DNA of 53,661 nucleotides from Octopus sinensis (GCF_006345805.1 NW_021833898.1:1-53661), one strand, 5' to 3'; shown: positions 37,838 through 52,612, numbered from the stretch's first letter. Translations and numbers: made by a program. Notes: a model not told the origin generated them from the sequence alone.

Positions 37838-38232
37838 ATAAGGAAAATTTGGCAGGACAAGAAAATGCACAGTCAGTTCTTGAAGAATAAAGATGAGATT
37901 GACTGGAATAGAATCTGGCAATGGCTGCTGAAGGGAGACTTAAAAGGGCCCATAGACGCATTAGTAGGCGGCGCACAAGAACAAGCTATCAGAACAAACT
38001 ACTCCAAATATCACATTGATAAAAGCACTGACTCGCCACAGTGTAGGATGTTATCTGAGAAGGGAAAAAGTATAAGCCATATTATTAGTGAGTGCTGTAA
38101 GCTCGCATAACGCGAATACAAAAGAAAACACGACGATGTGGCCAGATATGTCCACCGGCTGTCGTGTGATAAAGCATAGATCAAGAGAGCCGAACAATGG
38201 TATGAACACAAGCCAGAGGGAGTAATGGAAAC
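37838..38232 (+). pseudogene. Second decayed R4/Dong-clade LINE fragment (CCHC zinc-knuckle region)
   Basis: IRKIWQDKKMHSQFL..IWQWLLKGDLKGPIDALVGGAQEQAIRTNY..CRMLSEKGKSISHIISECCKLA*REYKRKHDDVARYVH..EQWYEHKPEGVME. Confidence 0.88.
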
Positions 38233-38639
38233 GACGCTCAAACGATTCTCTTGATCGACTGCCCTTCGTCCCGTTACGTATTTTGTTCAGTTTGCACTTG
38301 GCGTTAATATTTTTAGTTTTCATAATTTTAAATTGTTTGAGACGAGGTATTGGTGGTGCGCAGCTAAAAACAGATATCTGTTTCCGATTTTAGCCGAGAG
38401 CTTTATAGCTATTATTGGCTTTCATTTTGGCTTATTTCCTTTCATTAGAGCCTTACGGCCATAAAGCAATTTTTCTTATAATTTTTCTTCTTGGAATTCC
38501 ATTTCGAATTTCTCCTTTGTTTTGTTTGCTTTTTTTCTAACCATATCTAAAATTTGTTTCCAGTTAGATTAGTTTTTCACTTTATACTTTCTTTCCTTCA
38601 TAGAGTTTCTGTTTTACATTCTTTTACGAAACTAATACC

Positions 38640-38717
<78 letters not shown>

Positions 38718-39272
38718 GAGTGAGAGAGAAGTACATGCCATCAAAGTGATACTGGGGTAAAATATACGAATCCCAGTATACCCATCATGACTACCCGTCT
38801 GATAAGGGTACACCAGGCACATGCATCACAGCCATATGTGCATGACATGGTGATCTCATATCAAGATAAACAGTACATGACCTTGCAGGTGGGGCCCAGC
38901 TAGAATTTTCTTCTGCTTGAGTAGCCCATCCCGCTCAAAAGGTCCCTGAATAAGGATTGTTTAAGGATGTTGAAAGAACCACCCATGTTTCCAAAGGTGA
39001 ATTATCCAAACCTCTAAGAATCCCTCTCAACACACGGTTATGATGCTCCCCCACTACTTCTGCTCGTGATCAGAGATGCACATATCGTCAGCCACTAAGG
39101 AACATGCTCAACTGGTTAAGGTCAAACAACTGACAAGCAAATCTGTGGTATTTAGCAGAATATTTGCTGTAGCCATCTTTTATACCAAGACAAAACAATG
39201 TACATGATAACACTTCCAATCAGCTAAGATCAGAAGCCATGAGAGCTACTGTCTGGTACTGCATCAGGGCAT
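38718..39272. mobile_element. ~555-bp element embedded in (TTA)n on both sides; class unknown
   Basis: Sharp boundaries against TTA arrays (38641-38717 and 39272-39350) and no meaningful ORF. It resembles a repeat I associate with octopus sequence but is single-copy in this window. Confidence 0.45.
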
Positions 39273-39290
39273 TTATTATTATTATTTTTA

Positions 39291-39375
<85 letters not shown>

Positions 39376-39657
39376 TAGCGGGAGGTGGATGGAAGAATCA
39401 ACAGAACAGACAAATTGCAGTCTAATCTTTCTTCTGATTTTTAATTCTGCCTTCAAAACCCGTCGATGTCAACTTTGCCTTCCATTCCTCTCGGGTCGAT
39501 AAAACAAATGATTAGGCAAGTACTTGTATGGATATAATAGGACTTTGACCCTACCCAAAAATTCTGGTTTCTCCCTCATAGTAGAGATAATTTGATCAGA
39601 ACGTGCAGCTGGCTGAACCGTTAGGTTGTCGGACAAAATGCTTAACGGTATTTCTGC

Positions 39658-39900
39658 GGCGAGCTGGCAGAAACGTTAGCACGCAGGGTGAAATGCATAG
39701 CCGTATTTCGTCTGCCGTTACGTTCTGAGTTCAAATTCCGCCGAGGTCGACTTTGCCTTTCATCCTTTCGGGGTCGATAAAATTAAGTACCAGTTGCGCA
39801 CTGGATCGATATAATCGACTTAATCCGTTTGTCTGTTCTTGTTTGTCCTCTCTGTGTTTAGCCCCTTGTGGGTAGTAAAGAAATAGGTATTTCATCCGTC
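39658..39900 (+). mobile_element. SINE family A, full length, flanked by older A fragments (~39435-39655 and 39901-40050)
   Basis: GGCGAGCTGGCAGAAACGTTAGCACGC...GTAGTAAAGAAATAGGTATTTCATCCGTC. Confidence 0.9.
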
Positions 39901-40864
39901 ATGATAAATTCTTAATTCTAATTTCGCCTCGGTCGACTTATCTTTTCACCCTTTTGGCGACGATAGAATAAATATCGATCAAATATTGGGTTCGAAATAA
40001 TCGATTTCCACCCTCCCAACAAAAATTGCTGGCCTTGGGCCAAAATTAGAATTATTAGCATCACCATCATTTTATCCTTTTTAGTAGTTTTCTATCTTTA
40101 TCGTTTTTGGTACTTTTAGTTTTGGGTTTTTTTTAATTATTAACTGCACTTTAACCTCAACTGTTTTGCAATATGATGCACAATTTTTGGTAACTTATTG
40201 CATATTTCTCTGCATCTCGTTCTACAATTCTTAATACACTTAATATTATCGGGTATTGTTTTTCCCCCTCTTGTAGTCTTCCATTTTTACGAGATATCGC
40301 TATTTCCAGTTCCTTATGTTTCGATCGTTTTCTTTTTCTTTCTTATTTTTCCCCCTCTGAATCTGATTTAAATAAACGTTCAAATGATTTTGTACAACTA
40401 ACAGGAGATATATTCATTCTCTTTGACCATTTGAGCATACTGTCTGGCAAATATACTTTTTTCTTTTCGGATTGCCAGCACAGCGGCTTCCATCAATGTA
40501 ATGAAATTGTAATTTTCTGAAACTTTTATGCCAATCGTTTTTCCGACTAAATTCCTTTCAGATTCTATAGTGTTGGCAGCAAATCCCGTTCACGCAGCCA
40601 CCAAAATTATCATGTCTGCTTCTTCTGCTTCTGTTGTCTATCGGATTTGTTATGATCTAGAAGAAAAAAAATATTCTGATCAAGTCTCTCCGCTCCCCAT
40701 CTCTCTTTCTCTCTCTCTCCCTCTTACCAATGAATATTCTTTAGGTGCGTCGCCATTCTGGTTCTTTCTGTCATTTTAGTATCTTCTGATATGAAGTCAT
40801 TGATTCTGCGGGATGTTCAACGATTTTCTCTTAAAAAAGAGACGTCCCCGAGTTATTGATCACC

Positions 40865-40868
40865 TATG

Positions 40869-40900
<32 letters not shown>

Positions 40901-41284
40901 AGTGTCTATGTATGTATGTATGTATGTATGTATGTATGTATGTATGTATGTATGTGTGTATGTATGTATGTATGTATGTATGTATGTGGAGTGTGTATGT
41001 ATGTAAGTATGTGAGTATGTACGCGTATGTATGTATTTACGTGTATATATGTATGTATGTATCTATGTATGTATGCATGCATCTATGTATGTATGTATGT
41101 ATGTGTGTGTATGCGTGTGTGATTATATATGTATGTATATATGTATGCATGTATACGTATGTATATGTGCGTATATATGCATGTATGTGTTTACGTACGT
41201 ATTAATATATATATATATACTATATATATATGTGTATATATATATATATATATATAATATGTATATTATAATATGTATACTATA

Positions 41285-41370
<86 letters not shown>
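40865..41370. repeat. (TATG)n to (TA)n compound array
   Basis: Direct reading. Confidence 0.95.
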
Positions 41371-41373
<3 letters not shown>

Positions 41374-41957
41374 GTGTAGGTAGATACGTATAGTTACTTT
41401 GGTCCTGATTTTTCGGAAGAACGCCAGATGTTATTTTTTACCGGCCCATGTCTTTAAGAATTTTTTAAGTTCTTCCGATTTCATTTTCATTATAAGTTCT
41501 TTGTCCGTTTTTTGTTTCTTGTTTTCTCTTTAATATCTATCAGCATGATCTTCTACTCCAGCCAGCGGATTGTTTCTCCTTCGCAACCAATTAATATTTG
41601 TTGTTATCTTTCAGGTTTTACAATAATTTCTTTGTTTATTTCTAGTTTTCGAAGTATTTGTTATATTTAGAAATAATTTTCTACAATGTGCTGTTTTCTT
41701 ACAATTAGTAGACAATAGCTGTTATAATTCGAGACAATGGCTTTGCTATTTAAGTCCACAAACATATCATTTCTTACAATCATTGAGTGACAGGAGGTAA
41801 AAATACTTTCTGCTGCCTCAAATCTTAGGCACATTATAATCTTCGTACACTCTCCTTTTGCGATGATTTGTTTTTACCGGTATTTAACTCCTGGCCTGCT
41901 CCGATCACCCAAAATACATTGAAATGATCATGTCGTCTCTTTGTATATCTTTGATGT

Positions 41958-42338
41958 GGAGGCGCAATGGCCCAGTGGTTAGGGCAGCGGACTCGCGATT
42001 CGTAGGATCGCGGTTTCGACTCACAGACCGGGCGTTGTGAGTGTTTATTAAGTGAAAACACCTAAATCTCCACGAGGCTCCGGCAAGGGATGGTGACGAA
42101 CCCTGCTGTACTCTTTCACCACAACTTTCTCTCACTTTTTCTTCCTGTTTCTGTTGCACCTGTATTTCAAAGGGGCCAGCCTTGTCACACTCTGTGCCAT
42201 GCTGAATCTCCCCGTGAACTATATTAAGGGTACACATGTCTGTGAAGTGCTCACCCACTTGCACGTTAATTTCACGAGCAGGCTGTTCCGTTGATCGGAT
42301 CAACTGGAACCCTCGTCGTCGCAACCGACAGAGTGCCA
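41958..42338 (+). mobile_element. SINE family C, full length with a probable TSD
   Basis: GGAGGCGCAATGGCCCAGTGGTTAGGGCAGCGGACTCGCG (A box), GGTTTCGACTC (B box), tail CCCTCGTCGTCGCAACCGACAGAGTGCC; TATCTTTGAT at 41946-41955 and 42342-42351. Confidence 0.9.
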
Positions 42339-42424
42339 CGGTATCTTTGATTAACTATCAGCTTCTATAGTTTTCCATTACAATAGGTTGATATTTATTT
42401 TTTGTTGTTTTTCTTTTATCTTTT

Positions 42425-42737
42425 ACTTTTTGTAGTCATTAGACTGTGGCCATGCTGGGGCACAGTGTTTTAGACCGAACACATTCACGTAATTACTTTT
42501 TGTTAAGCCTGATATCCATTTTATCCGTTTCTTTTATTTTTTGCTTTTTTTGCCAAATCCCTTAGTTTGCACACAAACACCTCTTCTCAATCGGTGGTGG
42601 GTACAAACACGGACACAAATCCATACAGAAATTTATATATATATATATAATATATATATATAAATATGTGTGTGTGTGTGTGTGTGGTGTGTGTGGTGTG
42701 ATGTGTGTGTGTTGTGTGTGTGTGTCTGTCTGTCTGT

Positions 42738-42784
<47 letters not shown>

Positions 42785-43155
42785 AAACAGGAAATTGAAA
42801 GCATTTTGGGAATTATTTATTATATAAATATATATATATATACATAAATTTTCTCTCTGTGTTCCTTTCTGTCGAAGCGTAGGCTCGAAACGTAAAATAC
42901 TTTCTCACTTCCTGAGCGTTAAACTAATACATCTGTTTGTTGTTTACACACCCGTCTTCATCTTTTGTTTTGTCTTTACTTTTTAAATATGTGTGTGTCT
43001 GTGTGTGTGTACATATACGAGGGGCTTATCTGTACTTTTCCTCTATTAAATCCACTCACAAGGCCGTGGTAGGTCTGAGGCTATAATAAAAGACAATTAC
43101 CCAAGGTGCCACACAATGTGAGTGAACCCAGAACTATATGGGTTGGAAAACTTTG
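42425..43155 (-). mobile_element. SINE family B apparently split: head ~43020-43155, middle and tail ~42425-42620
   Basis: CCACTCACAAGG..ACCCAAGGTGCCACACAATG.GAACCCAGAACTATATGGG (head); GTCATTAGACTGTGGCCATGCTGGGGCAC (tail). Confidence 0.65.
42865..42898 (+). ncRNA. Hammerhead-like motif (variant core) within a ~42850-42985 element
   Basis: CTTT-CTGTCGA-AGC-gtag-GCT-C-GAAAC-GTA-AAAT; same layout and similar downstream text (CTGAGC..TAATA..TGTTGTTT..GTCTTC) as the 17066 element. Confidence 0.4.
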
Positions 43156-44169
43156 TGGTCGAATCTTGTTCACCTGACTTCTTAGTGCTAGAGTTTTAGT
43201 ACCCTTGTTGCTGTTTTTGTTGTTGAACTCCAACACAACACAGAGTAGACAGATGTAAGATTGTCATTAACTGTCCTGTACTTCCTTGACATAGTTAACC
43301 TCAGATTAGGCTGGTGACCAGCAATCCTTACATTTGTTCAAAGACAGTTTGATATAATGCAAGAGAACTTTAACTTTTATACCTGTCTGTTCGAGCGAAC
43401 ATTAAAGGAATACAGCATACAGTGCCAAAAAGGAACCATAAAACGGGGATTCGTTGCGTAAGAGCTCTCTTCTAATTGGAAACCCATCTCGTCAATACAT
43501 CTCGTTTTATGCAAGAGATATCAGTCTGTCTCCTGCAGAATCTATTAATTCTTCAGCATAGTGATTGCATAACATCACAGCATACATACGCAACTACAAT
43601 TTCAGACACACAAGCACACACGTCCACAAACTCACAAACAATCACGCAGACACCCATGCGTACAGACGCACGTACAACCGGAAACGGACATTGATTGTTT
43701 GGCTTTGTTCACTTCAATACAATCGATACTTTCGCCTCTCGTTTTTAGCTAGCGAGCATAAACTGTTGAAACGATCGCGATTCCCACTCAAAAATCGATT
43801 CGTCTCACTCTGTTCAGCAACTCATGCATTAGACTCTATTATTTCCAACTTTATCGTGATAATATCCCACATGGTTCAGTAGGATTTCATTGTCATAAAT
43901 GTTTGTAACACCAAAATCTTTATGACCCCAAAACGACTGTATCAATGAACAGTTCAAGAACGTCACCGAAATTCCAATTCAAGAGAGAAGTGTTAATGAA
44001 GTTGATCTTAACAGCATGTCCAAAACCGTCAATCTCTACCAAAAGTTATGAATTACAAATGACAGAATTCTGACACAAAGAGAAAAGATATGGGAAGCTA
44101 AAAATCGAAGTACATAGACACACACATACATGTATAAAAGCATATATGCATACATATATACACAACTGT

Positions 44170-44173
44170 AGAT

Positions 44174-44259
<86 letters not shown>

Positions 44260-44558
44260 CTGATTGATTGATTGATTGATTGATTAATTGATTGATTGAT
44301 TGATAGATACATACATATATGACGCATGGATGGATGGATGGATGGATGGATGAATGGATTGATTGATTGATGGCTAATTAGATAGAGAGATAGATATATA
44401 GATAGATAGATAAATAGAAAAACCGATTGATACATACTTACGTCTATACATACATATCTGGATGTATGGATGGATGGATGGATTGATAGATGGATTGATG
44501 GATTGATGGATTGATTGATTGATTGATGGCTAAATAAATAGATAGATGGATAGACATG

Positions 44559-44613
<55 letters not shown>

Positions 44614-44670
44614 GTAGATAAATAGACAGACAGACAGATCGATAGATAGATAAATAGATAGATAGATATT
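44170..44670. repeat. (GATA)/(GATT)/(GATG)n compound array, two blocks
   Basis: Direct reading. Confidence 0.9.
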
Positions 44671-45414
44671 TAAATACATATGAACATATGCACACACGTA
44701 TACATATATAAACAATACACACAAGCACGTATTAGCGTGCAAGACACCTCAAACAAATGATTTCACCATACAGACTCACGTGTATATAGCTATATACATA
44801 TGTCTATTCACTTGTGTGCGTGTGCGAGTCATTCGTATTATGTATACACTTTCGAATTTTTTCCGTTTATTTTTTCCTTTCTTTTTAGCCGTAAGACTGA
44901 AGTAAAAAGACGTGCAATGTATGTAATTATTGTTACAAGAAAAAAGAGAAGTATAATGTATAATATATATATAATATCAAATAGCTTCTAAATCGTAGCA
45001 AATTATAGAATTTCCGAAATATAGAAGCCAAGGAAAATAAAACGAAAAATAGGAAAAAATATGTATAAAAATATAATAAATTGTCCAAACAATAATATAT
45101 AAAAACAATAACAAAACCTAAACTAACAAGTAATAAAGGAAATTAAAACACCTTGTCATATCCTCTCCCCGCGATTTCTATTGATTATCATGGAATATTT
45201 TCGAAATATTTTGTGAGAAACAACGGCACTGTAGAATGTTATAGTCAATTTAGTCTAGACATTTAATAATTTCTCTCTAGTAGATCGGAGGTTGTACAGG
45301 GTAGGTGATTGTTTTAGCGTGTTCATAGATTTTTTTTTGTCTTTCATTTTCCTGTATTTTTCTCCATCTCTCTTTTATTCACTAAAACATACTTTGTTCT
45401 ATATCATTTTCGTC

Positions 45415-45458
<44 letters not shown>

Positions 45459-45758
45459 GAAGTTTCAATTACCGCTTAGCTTTGATTTCTGTTCTTTTAT
45501 TTTTCCTATAGTTATACTTGTGTTTGTCTTTATGTTTTTACTTTACATTTTAGCAAGGGAGATAGTTTTACGTGTTTTCAATGTGTTATGCTAAATAGAT
45601 AGCTTGATATTACTACTTTCCATTGTTTCATCGGTCTACCTTCAAATTCTTTTCCCAGCACAAACAAAACACAAACCCATTTACATATATATACATATAT
45701 AAATTCATATGGGTGTGTATAATCATATATAAATACATGATATTATATTATATATATA

Positions 45759-45803
<45 letters not shown>

Positions 45804-46402
45804 CATATATATATATTTAATTAGAGGATGTGTAAGCCTCGTGAAGGGATGGTTTCATCAAAGGAAATACTGGTTCAATACCTAGCATTTTGAGAGGAAT
45901 GAATTTCCTGAAGATAAAATACGCATAGTTTACATTCATTTAAAGGAAAAAAAGAAAATGGAGATTAGGAATTAATAATTGTTCTTTTATTAACAGCGAA
46001 TTGGTCATCTTCACTTACAGCCGTTTCAATTAATGCTCAGTAAATATTAAATTTACATTTTTGTGACATGAGCATAACATCATCAGAGGGAAAAAGATGT
46101 ACATTTGGATGTTATACGTGTGTTCATGAAGATGGCTGTAAGTGAAGATGACAAATTTGGTGTTAATAATAAATTTTTTTAAGCTTCTCAGTGTCTGTGT
46201 GACAGCGCACGTATGTGCTGTAAGGGATAGATATATAAATAGACCTGTTTGCGGTTAATTTACTCTATATCGTAAAATGTGGTTCCAATGCGGAACATCA
46301 TTTTGCGACGTGAACTTTGTAACAAGTGCACTAGTGGCATATTGTGTGGAGGAGATGCGAAACGCCTTTTAATAGACTTTGCTTGGCGAAACTGCAGAAA
46401 AC

Positions 46403-46478
<76 letters not shown>

Positions 46479-46481
<3 letters not shown>

Positions 46482-46627
46482 GCATGCGTGGTTATGCCGT
46501 AAGAAGCTTGTCACGTAGTTCCGGGTTGAGTCCAATTGCGTGACAACCTTCGGCATGAATCTTCTATAGCTTCGGGCCGACTAAAGCCTTGAGAGAAAAT
46601 TTGGTAGACAGAAACTGTAATAGCCTG

Positions 46628-46674
<47 letters not shown>

Positions 46675-46955
46675 TGTGTGTCTGGGTTTGTCCCGCCACC
46701 ATCGCTTGACGACCGATGTTGGTGGGTTTAAGTCCAAGTAACTTAAGGTTTCTATACAGTATATAACTGATCTTAAGAAATCACAAAAAGTACTACCTTT
46801 TCCCCAAGGGGGACTAAAAGCAGAAGGTCCTAAGAAATTGCAGTTCAGCAAAAGAAACCGATAAAATAAGAACTGGGCTTACAGAGAATAAGTCTTGGGA
46901 TCAATTTTTTTTAGACTAAAGGCGGTTCTCCAGTCAAACGACTGAAACGAGTAAA
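46479..46955 (+). mobile_element. SINE family B, full length with an internal (TA)n
   Basis: GGCGCATGCGTGG..GTAAGAAGCTTG..GTTCCGGGTTGAGTCC head, (TA)n at ~46630-46670, and the B tail. Confidence 0.8.
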
Positions 46956-46999
46956 AGGTGGTGCTATTAAGTTAGACATGGCCTGGGCCAATAATGGCC

Positions 47000-48003
<1,004 letters not shown>

Positions 48004-48312
48004 TGTGGTGGTTAAAACTGAGAACCATGCTAACAGAAACAGCTGTTAGTTGAGATTCTGTCATTTTGTAATTAGTTAATTGATAAACGACAATTGATGT
48101 AAACCAATTGTTATTCATTAATTGTATCTCCATTTTCTGTTTTCCTTTGACTATTGATAAAATCTAGCTTATTTTTGTCATTACATATATATGAGCATTC
48201 ACACCAATGCTCATGATTAAATATAGGTAATATACCACTGGACACAAGTATCCCTTAGACGGTTGTTATAGGTGTTAACACACTTACAATATATATATAA
48301 TATATATGACGA

Positions 48313-48636
48313 GGCACTCCATCGGTTATGCCGACGAGGGTTCAAGTTGATCTGATCAACGGGACAGCCTGCTCGTGAAATTAACGTGAAAGTGGCTGAG
48401 CAATCCACAGGTACGTGTACCATTAAGATAATTCTCGGAGAGATTCAGCGTGACACAGGAGGAAAGAGTGGGAGAAAGTTGTGGTGAAAGAGTACAGCAG
48501 GGTTCACCACCATCTTCTGCCGGAGCCTCGTGGAGGTTTATGTGGTTTCGTCCAATAAACACTCACAACACCCGGTCTGGGAATCGAAACCGCGATACTA
48601 TGACCGCTGCCCTAATCACTGGGCCATTGCAGCTCC
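48313..48636 (-). mobile_element. SINE family C with an internal deletion
   Basis: GGCACTCCATCGGTTATGCCGACGAGGGTTC...CACTGGGCCATTGCAGCTCC; lacks the TGTATTTCAAAGGGCCAGCC segment. Confidence 0.85.
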
Positions 48637-48686
48637 ACACATACATACACACACATATATACATATTTATATACATACATACACAA

Positions 48687-48783
<97 letters not shown>

Positions 48784-49637
48784 CATACACCCACATATAT
48801 ATATGTGTGTGAGCGTATGCTTGGACAAATTCTCCCTTTAAACACACAGAAAAGAGAAAAACTACAACACCAACCGATTTCATTTGAAACTTGTAAAAAG
48901 TTGTTTCTGATTTTGATTTCAAGAGAACAGATTTCGAATGATGCAAACCACATAGAAACAATGCGAAATTAAGCCAACTTTAAGGAGTTTCATTCTGAAC
49001 AACATAAAGCATTCGGCATATCTACAAAATTTTTGACCATTTGATAAAATACATAAAATTCATAAAATACTTAAAGTTCACATTATCGTGGTATTAGGTG
49101 GACTTACACGCATTTTATTTCTAGTAGTAATTCCTTATTATACAGGGATAGTAAAAACAATTTTTTATAGCTTCAACCGTGGATTCATCTCAGCATGTAA
49201 AAAACAGACGATATTTCTTCCAGACGACAGCTTTATTGTCATCCGATGACTACTTTGGTAACTTTGAACAAGATATGATGTTTCTGGCGATACTTTATTT
49301 GCAACGAATTATATCATACTATATATAGTTCGCACTGCGATTTCTTTGAATAATTTTCATACAAATATCTTTTACATATATTATACACACAGATATATAT
49401 AGATGCATATTTATAAATATGGATGTATATATATAAGTACTATATGTATGTATACATATACAGATGTGTGTGTATGTGTATATATACATGTCCACTTGTA
49501 TATATATATTATTATATATATATATATCATATATATACATATATATATATATGTATATAGACATATATGTCTATAAACAGATCGATATACGTACGTATTT
49601 AAATATTTATGTACACATGTATACGTTGTATATATAT

Positions 49638-49678
<41 letters not shown>

Positions 49679-50044
49679 CATACTCACACACACACACGCA
49701 CATATATATGTATATATGCATATAATGATATACATTTGTGGGTGCTGGTGTACATATGTCCGGTAGATAATAGTTACTCTCTAATTCTCGATAATTACTT
49801 ATAGATTATTCGTTATTGACATTAAAACTTCCCAAACTATCAAATCACAAAATATTACTATTTAAATTACTTTATGTGTCTGTATTTGTTGAAATAGCGA
49901 CTATGAAATGACCGTGGGCAGTAACACATCATATGCGTCGATACGTGACACCGTGTTCATCTGTGGCACGCTCTCATCTATCCCCTCTCCTCTCTCTCTC
50001 CTCTATCTCTCTGACCCTCTGTCTTTCACTCGCTCTCGCTCTCC

Positions 50045-50145
<101 letters not shown>

Positions 50146-50154
50146 GTATGTATG

Positions 50155-50198
<44 letters not shown>

Positions 50199-50601
50199 TA
50201 TTTATGCATACACACCACATACACACATATACACCTCCCTACACACACATATATATATACATATATATAAAGGAGAAATTACAAATACAATATTATTGAT
50301 ATACGTACACATCAAAACTGCCACACATGTACGTGTGAATAAGTGTGTATGCTGTTTGTATACGAGTTCATATAAATGTGTATATTCATATAATCACGAA
50401 CGAAATATATAAATATATATATACACATATATATAGAAAACTCACACATGTATATACAGATGTAAACACATATATGCGTCTGTATATGTGCATATATATA
50501 TATATCTTTCGTTCGTGATTATAGTGGCGATTTATGCATACATTCATTCATATATCCGCATATGTGTATGTATGAATGTGTGAGTGTGTGTATGAGTGTG
50601 T

Positions 50602-50675
<74 letters not shown>

Positions 50676-51144
50676 TGTGTCTGTGTTCGTGCGTCTGTGC
50701 GTAAATCACATATCAGATGCTTTGTTAAAGAGACCAACATCAGCATTTCGATTTCGCATTTCTATTGAGGAATCGTTTTGATCTCTGTCTAATTTCATAG
50801 TCACAAAGAATATCTAAAAGACCACTTCCTTCCACCATTAGTCATCTTTTATACATTAGAATATCTTCGCAGCATTTACACAGCGAAAATTCTTCAGAAC
50901 GTCATGGCTGCCTGGTAAGAGGCGCATCCCCCAACGCCGCGGGTGTGTGGGGCGGTTGCTCTCTCTTCTCTCATTATCTCAAATGTTCGATGCTTTTGCT
51001 ATAAATATCGAAATGTATCGATCTCTATCTACCTCCATCTTGATATATATATGCAAATATATATATATGTATGTATATATATATAATATATATATATATG
51101 TATGTATGCACGTATGTATATATGAATATATGTATATATGTATC

Positions 51145-51191
<47 letters not shown>

Positions 51192-51205
51192 GTGTGTATG
51201 TAATA

Positions 51206-51241
<36 letters not shown>

Positions 51242-51253
51242 TGTATGTATATA

Positions 51254-51432
51254 GGCGCAGGCGTGGCTGCGTGGCAAGAAGCTTGCTTCCCAACCACATG
51301 GTTCCAGGTTCACTTCCACTGCATGGCAATTCCGGCACGTGTCTTCTGCTGTAGACGGAAACTGTAAGAAGCCCGTCGCTACATATATATATATATATAT
51401 ATACATACATACATATATATGTATATATATGC

Positions 51433-51465
<33 letters not shown>

Positions 51466-51695
51466 ATATATATATGAATGTCTGTGTGTGTGTCTCTTGT
51501 GTTTGTTCCCTGACAATCGCTTGACATCGATGTTGTGGTGTCTATGTCACCGTACTCTAGCGGTTTGACAAGATGGACCGATAAAATAAGTGCTAGGTTT
51601 ACAAATAATAAATCCTGGAGGCGATTCGTTCGACCAAAGTCGGTGCTCCAGCATGGACACAGTCAAATGACTAAAGCAAATAAAAGAATAAAAGA
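51254..51695 (+). mobile_element. SINE family B, full length with a ~115-bp internal microsatellite
   Basis: GGCGCAGGCGTGGCTGCGTGGCAAGAAGCTTGCTTCCCAACCACATGGTTCCAGGTTCA...GAAGCCCGTCG-(TA)n(TG)n-...GGTGCTCCAGCATGG..AAAAGAATAAAAG. Confidence 0.88.
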
Positions 51696-52436
51696 ATGTA
51701 TAAAGATCGAATACTTTTATCATTTATTTGTTTCACTCATTAATCTACGGCCATGCAACAGCACCGTCTTGCAGGTTTTAATCGAAGTTATCGAACTCAG
51801 TGCGTTATTTTTTTCTCCTTGAGCTTGGAACTTCCTGTATCTTTGCCTTTTCAATGAACTAAAACCGCTAGGTAATGAGTGCGTAAATAACCACAACACA
51901 ACATATATGTGAGAGTGTGTGTGGTGTCTCTGTGTTATATATATATGTATATATATATATATATATATAATATATATATATATATATAATTATATATATA
52001 TATATATTAATTAGAGATAAAACCACTATTAGGGCAAATCAAACAGTGAAAATCATAGCCAATACATAGAAATAAAATTAATTAAAAAATATATAAAAAT
52101 ATAAATATAAATATAAAATATAAAATAAAAATCCCATTAAAAGATTTAATAAATAAAGCTAAAATTTTTTTAAATTATTTATTGAATAAATTAAACTTAT
52201 AAATTATAAATATATATATATATTTTTATTATCATTTTATTTTTTTTAACTATTTATTTTTTTATTTTTATTTATATATATAGTTATTAATCCGAGGGGA
52301 GGCAATGTGAGCAGCAACTAAAGGAACATTACAAAATCCATAGAAAGATCAAACACATACATATATTCATATATTCATTTTTTGTCACGAGCTATCAGAT
52401 ATAACTTTGTATTTTGTAATTTATATATATATATAT

Positions 52437-52474
<38 letters not shown>

Positions 52475-52540
52475 TATATATATATATCTATATATATGTA
52501 TACATATATATATATATATATATATATGTATACATTATAT

Positions 52541-52612
<72 letters not shown>

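Noticed and set aside
40440-40670. Strong minus-strand acceptor TTTTTTTTCTTCTAG| and plus-strand ORF 40528-40779
   Set aside because: All three frames after the acceptor hit stops without a convincing donor; the plus-strand ORF is unrecognisable.
43014-43030. TACGAGGGG resembling a mariner TIR
   Set aside because: Better explained as the reverse complement of SINE B's GAAGCCCGTCGTA junction; no partner TIR was found.
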